Of a DNA stretch of 64,000 bases, positions 61,360 to 64,000 are shown piece after piece (within the stretch, counting starts at the first letter, position 1; each line of letters begins with the position of its first letter). The stretch comes from Aulosira sp. ZfuVER01 (GTDB taxonomy: Bacteria; Cyanobacteriota; Cyanobacteriia; Cyanobacteriales; Nostocaceae), in contig JAVRCV020000036.1 in assembly GCA_034530615.2 (NCBI GenBank), positions 1 to 64,000 on the forward strand. Reading direction: 5' to 3'. The translations under genes were made by a program, and so were the position numbers. The notes under the pieces were generated by a model. That model did not search any database, was not told the origin of the DNA, and was given only the letters and a program-made list of their open reading frames with translations.

Positions 61360-61746
61360 ATGAAATCTGCTCCCCTAGCCTTAGCTGTTATTATTGGTGC
61401 GCTTACTGTCTCCCAGAGTGCTTATGCTAACCAAAAGAATTCTCCGACTGCTACAAGCAATCAAGCTGCTGTTTTAGCCACAAAACCAGTCACGCTGACT
61501 AGTAGATGGAGTTATAGTATTAACCGCAATAATGGTTTTAAAGCAACTAATAATTCAATTGCACTAGACCAAAGCGGAGAATGCAAAATTCCTAAACCGT
61601 TTGAGATTCTGAAAAACCCGAGTATTTTTTTTAAGCCATGTCAGCAGCCAACAAATCAACAAACTGCACAACTAGCTGAACCAATTGAATATTTAAAAGT
61701 TCCTCGTCTCGATTCTGGTATTAAAGTAACTGTTTCTAAATTTTAA
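61360..61746 (+). CDS. Secreted hypothetical protein
   Basis: Signal peptide (AYA-N) and EPIEYLKVP.LDSG C-terminus. Confidence 0.72.
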   Translation: MKSAPLALAVIIGALTVSQSAYANQKNSPTATSNQAAVLATKPVTLTSRWSYSINRNNGFKATNNSIALDQSGECKIPKPFEILKNPSIFFKPCQQPTNQQTAQLAEPIEYLKVPRLDSGIKVTVSKF

Positions 61747-61781
61747 AAGGTAACAGGAATGTATATCTTAGATGTAGTAAT

Positions 61782-61981
61782 GTAGGGTGTGTTGTCGCGT
61801 AGCGCAACGCACCATCAACAATTCAATGTGCTGTTTCTAAATTTTAAAAGTGACAGGAAATAGAGAATAGGCAACAGTAATTGATATATAACAATCTGAT
61901 TTAATTTTTATACAATTCTAAGTAGAATAACTCACCAATAAAAGCTTTTGGTGCGTTAGGCTACGCCATAACACACCCTAC
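61782..61981. repeat. Inverted pair of GTAG-type REP-like elements
   Basis: GTAGGGTGTGTTG..CAACGCACCA (61782-61814) and the inverted copy TGGTGCGTTAG..TAACACACCCTAC (61949-61981); a related copy lies near 54196-54228. Confidence 0.72.
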
Positions 61982-61998
61982 TTCTCTAATAAGAAATG

Positions 61999-63207
61999 CT
62001 AAATTACCGCTGCGGTTGCTTTTAAGGCAAAAATTCTTTCGATGACATCTTCTACTACCTTATCGGGGGTAGAAGCACCAGAAGTAATCCCCACAACTAT
62101 CTTACCTTCAGGTAGCCAGTTATCTTGGGTGACTATATCCCCAGTTAATTGACGATGTTCAATGGATTTTGCTGATTTGATGCGCTCAACACAATCAATG
62201 TGATAAGAAGGAATTCCTCGCTCAAAAGCTATCTGTTGCAATTGGGTAGTATTGGATGAATTAAACCCACCAATTACAATCATCAAATCTAAATTTTGTT
62301 GCACTAAGTCCAACATTGCATCTTGACGTTCTTGGGTAGCATCACAGATTGTGTTGAAGCTTTGGAAATGTTGATTGATTTCAGTGGGTCCATACTTCTG
62401 CATCATTGTCCGTTCAAACAACTTGCCAATTTGTTCGGTTTCGCCTTTGAGCATTGTTGTTTGGTTAGCAATACCCACTCTTTCTAAGTCTTTATCGGGG
62501 TCAAATCCGGCGGAACAAGCTTTAGCAAATTTCTTTAAGAACTCCTCGCGATCGCCACCATTAAGAATATAGTTGCTAACATATTCTGCTTCCCGCATAT
62601 TCAGCACAATTAGATATTTACCAGCAAAGGAACTGGTGGCAACAGTTTCTTCGTGCTTGTATTTACCGTGGATAATTGAGGTGTAATCGACTTTCTTGTG
62701 CTTCTCAACTGTATTCCAAACTTTCGACACCCAAGGACAAGTTGTATCGACAATTTTGCAGCCTTTATCATGGAGAACCTGCATTTCCTGAACGCTGGCT
62801 CCAAAGGCAGGTAAGATGACTACATCTTCGTTTTCAACTACAGAAAAGTCTTTTATCCCTGCATTAACAGGGATAAATTTAACCTCCATCTCCTGCATAC
62901 GTTGATTCACAGAGGGATTGTGAATAATCTCATTTGTAATCCAAATGCGATCGCTTGGGAAGTGTTGACGGGTTTCATAAGCCATTGCTACTGCACGTTC
63001 CACACCCCAGCAGAAGCCAAAAGCTTGCGCTAACCGAATTGTCACCTCACCTTGTTCTAAGGTGTAGTTGCGATCGCGAATTTGTTGGATTAAGCTACTT
63101 TGATATTCAGACTGTAACTGTGTAGCAACCTCTGCTTGATGACCAAAGCCTTTGCGATTATAGTTTTCCGAGTGTTGCAGGGTACGCTTAAAAGCTTTTG
63201 TATCCAT
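61999..63207 (-). CDS. ispH: 4-hydroxy-3-methylbut-2-enyl diphosphate reductase
   Basis: [34 protein letters not shown] and TSGASTP. Confidence 0.97.
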   Translation of the reverse strand: MDTKAFKRTLQHSENYNRKGFGHQAEVATQLQSEYQSSLIQQIRDRNYTLEQGEVTIRLAQAFGFCWGVERAVAMAYETRQHFPSDRIWITNEIIHNPSVNQRMQEMEVKFIPVNAGIKDFSVVENEDVVILPAFGASVQEMQVLHDKGCKIVDTTCPWVSKVWNTVEKHKKVDYTSIIHGKYKHEETVATSSFAGKYLIVLNMREAEYVSNYILNGGDREEFLKKFAKACSAGFDPDKDLERVGIANQTTMLKGETEQIGKLFERTMMQKYGPTEINQHFQSFNTICDATQERQDAMLDLVQQNLDLMIVIGGFNSSNTTQLQQIAFERGIPSYHIDCVERIKSAKSIEHRQLTGDIVTQDNWLPEGKIVVGITSGASTPDKVVEDVIERIFALKATAAVI

Positions 63208-63315
63208 TAGATTGTTTTAGATTAGTTCACCATCTCTCATTTTCTCGCGTTAAGTGTCATTGGTCATTTGTCATTAGTTATTTCTCCCTCATTCCCCTTG
63301 TCCCCCTTGTCTCCC

Positions 63316-64000
63316 TCATCCCCCCACCTTCTCTTTCTGCGGTTCTAATTCTGGGTGGCTATAAATCTGCAATGCAGTCCGCCAGACCATATAACCTTCA
63401 GGACTTAGGTGTAAGCCATCGGTGGTGAATTCACTGCGGAGATAACCTTCCTGATTAGCAAACAGGGAATATAAGTCGAGATATTTAACGCCTTGTGTGG
63501 TGGCGATGGTTTGTAATTGCTGATTCAGCTGCTGAATGCGACTATTCTTAATGGCTAGCAGACGTTCTTTTCCTTCCCAAGTTGATTGTTCTCCCCCATG
63601 CGGCAAAATTGACTGGACAAATATTTCTGCGCTAGGATGCTTCCGGCGCAAGTAACGAATGATTTGCCGTTGATTCTCTAAAATTACCTCATCGCTGACG
63701 CCCCGAATTAGATCGTTAATCCCAATCATCACGAAAATCACTTGTGGCTGGGTGCGGTCAAATAAATCTAATCTTTTCAACAGCCCTTCGGTAGTTTCAC
63801 CAGAAATTGCTTGATTTAGCCAATATCTATTCTCAGGTAATAATTCTGAGGGAAACCACAGACTCAAAGAATCTCCAGCTAGTATGCTCAGATGCTGAGG
63901 AGGTTTTAGTGCAGCTACCTTAGCTTCTGACTTGAGAATTTCTACCCACTGTTCGTAATTGAGTTGGTGACGGGGGCCTAACTCCGGTTTAGCAACTTCG
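63316..64000 (-). CDS. SGNH/GDSL hydrolase, 5'-partial
   Basis: The frame stays open to the window end; AGDSL, ISG, IGINDL and DGLH motifs. Confidence 0.9.
   Translation of the reverse strand, partial: EVAKPELGPRHQLNYEQWVEILKSEAKVAALKPPQHLSILAGDSLSLWFPSELLPENRYWLNQAISGETTEGLLKRLDLFDRTQPQVIFVMIGINDLIRGVSDEVILENQRQIIRYLRRKHPSAEIFVQSILPHGGEQSTWEGKERLLAIKNSRIQQLNQQLQTIATTQGVKYLDLYSLFANQEGYLRSEFTTDGLHLSPEGYMVWRTALQIYSHPELEPQKEKVGG

Overview
A 64-kb chromosomal window from a cyanobacterium, most likely a heterocyst-forming Nostocales strain. The evidence is the dense HIP1 octamers (GCGATCGC), STRR-type heptamer and 9-mer arrays, petG/cytM and a conR-like LCP gene. Most of the window is core or semi-core genes: ligA, hisH, rsmD, petG, cytM, ispH, ppgK, manC, an ABC1 kinase, mlaF/mlaD and ABC transporters. 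It also holds three Hanks-type Ser/Thr kinases and one pseudokinase. Accessory material includes two toxin-antitoxin pairs, a frameshifted GmrSD-type nuclease behind rtcB, a decayed integrase/XRE remnant joined at a HIP1 site, nested MITEs, REP-like elements and two spacer-less 21-bp tandem arrays. The best candidates for undescribed systems are (i) a coupled P-loop ATPase + TPR pair whose 120-bp repeats mostly carry HIP1 and vary at fixed positions, resembling a split NLR; (ii) a histidine kinase / LuxR regulator / pseudokinase-PstS receptor / Zn-ribbon-FHA cluster; and (iii) a protein ending in tandem Tudor/chromo-barrel-like domains. I found no rRNA, tRNA or CRISPR array. All product calls come from motif recognition by eye; no database searches were run.
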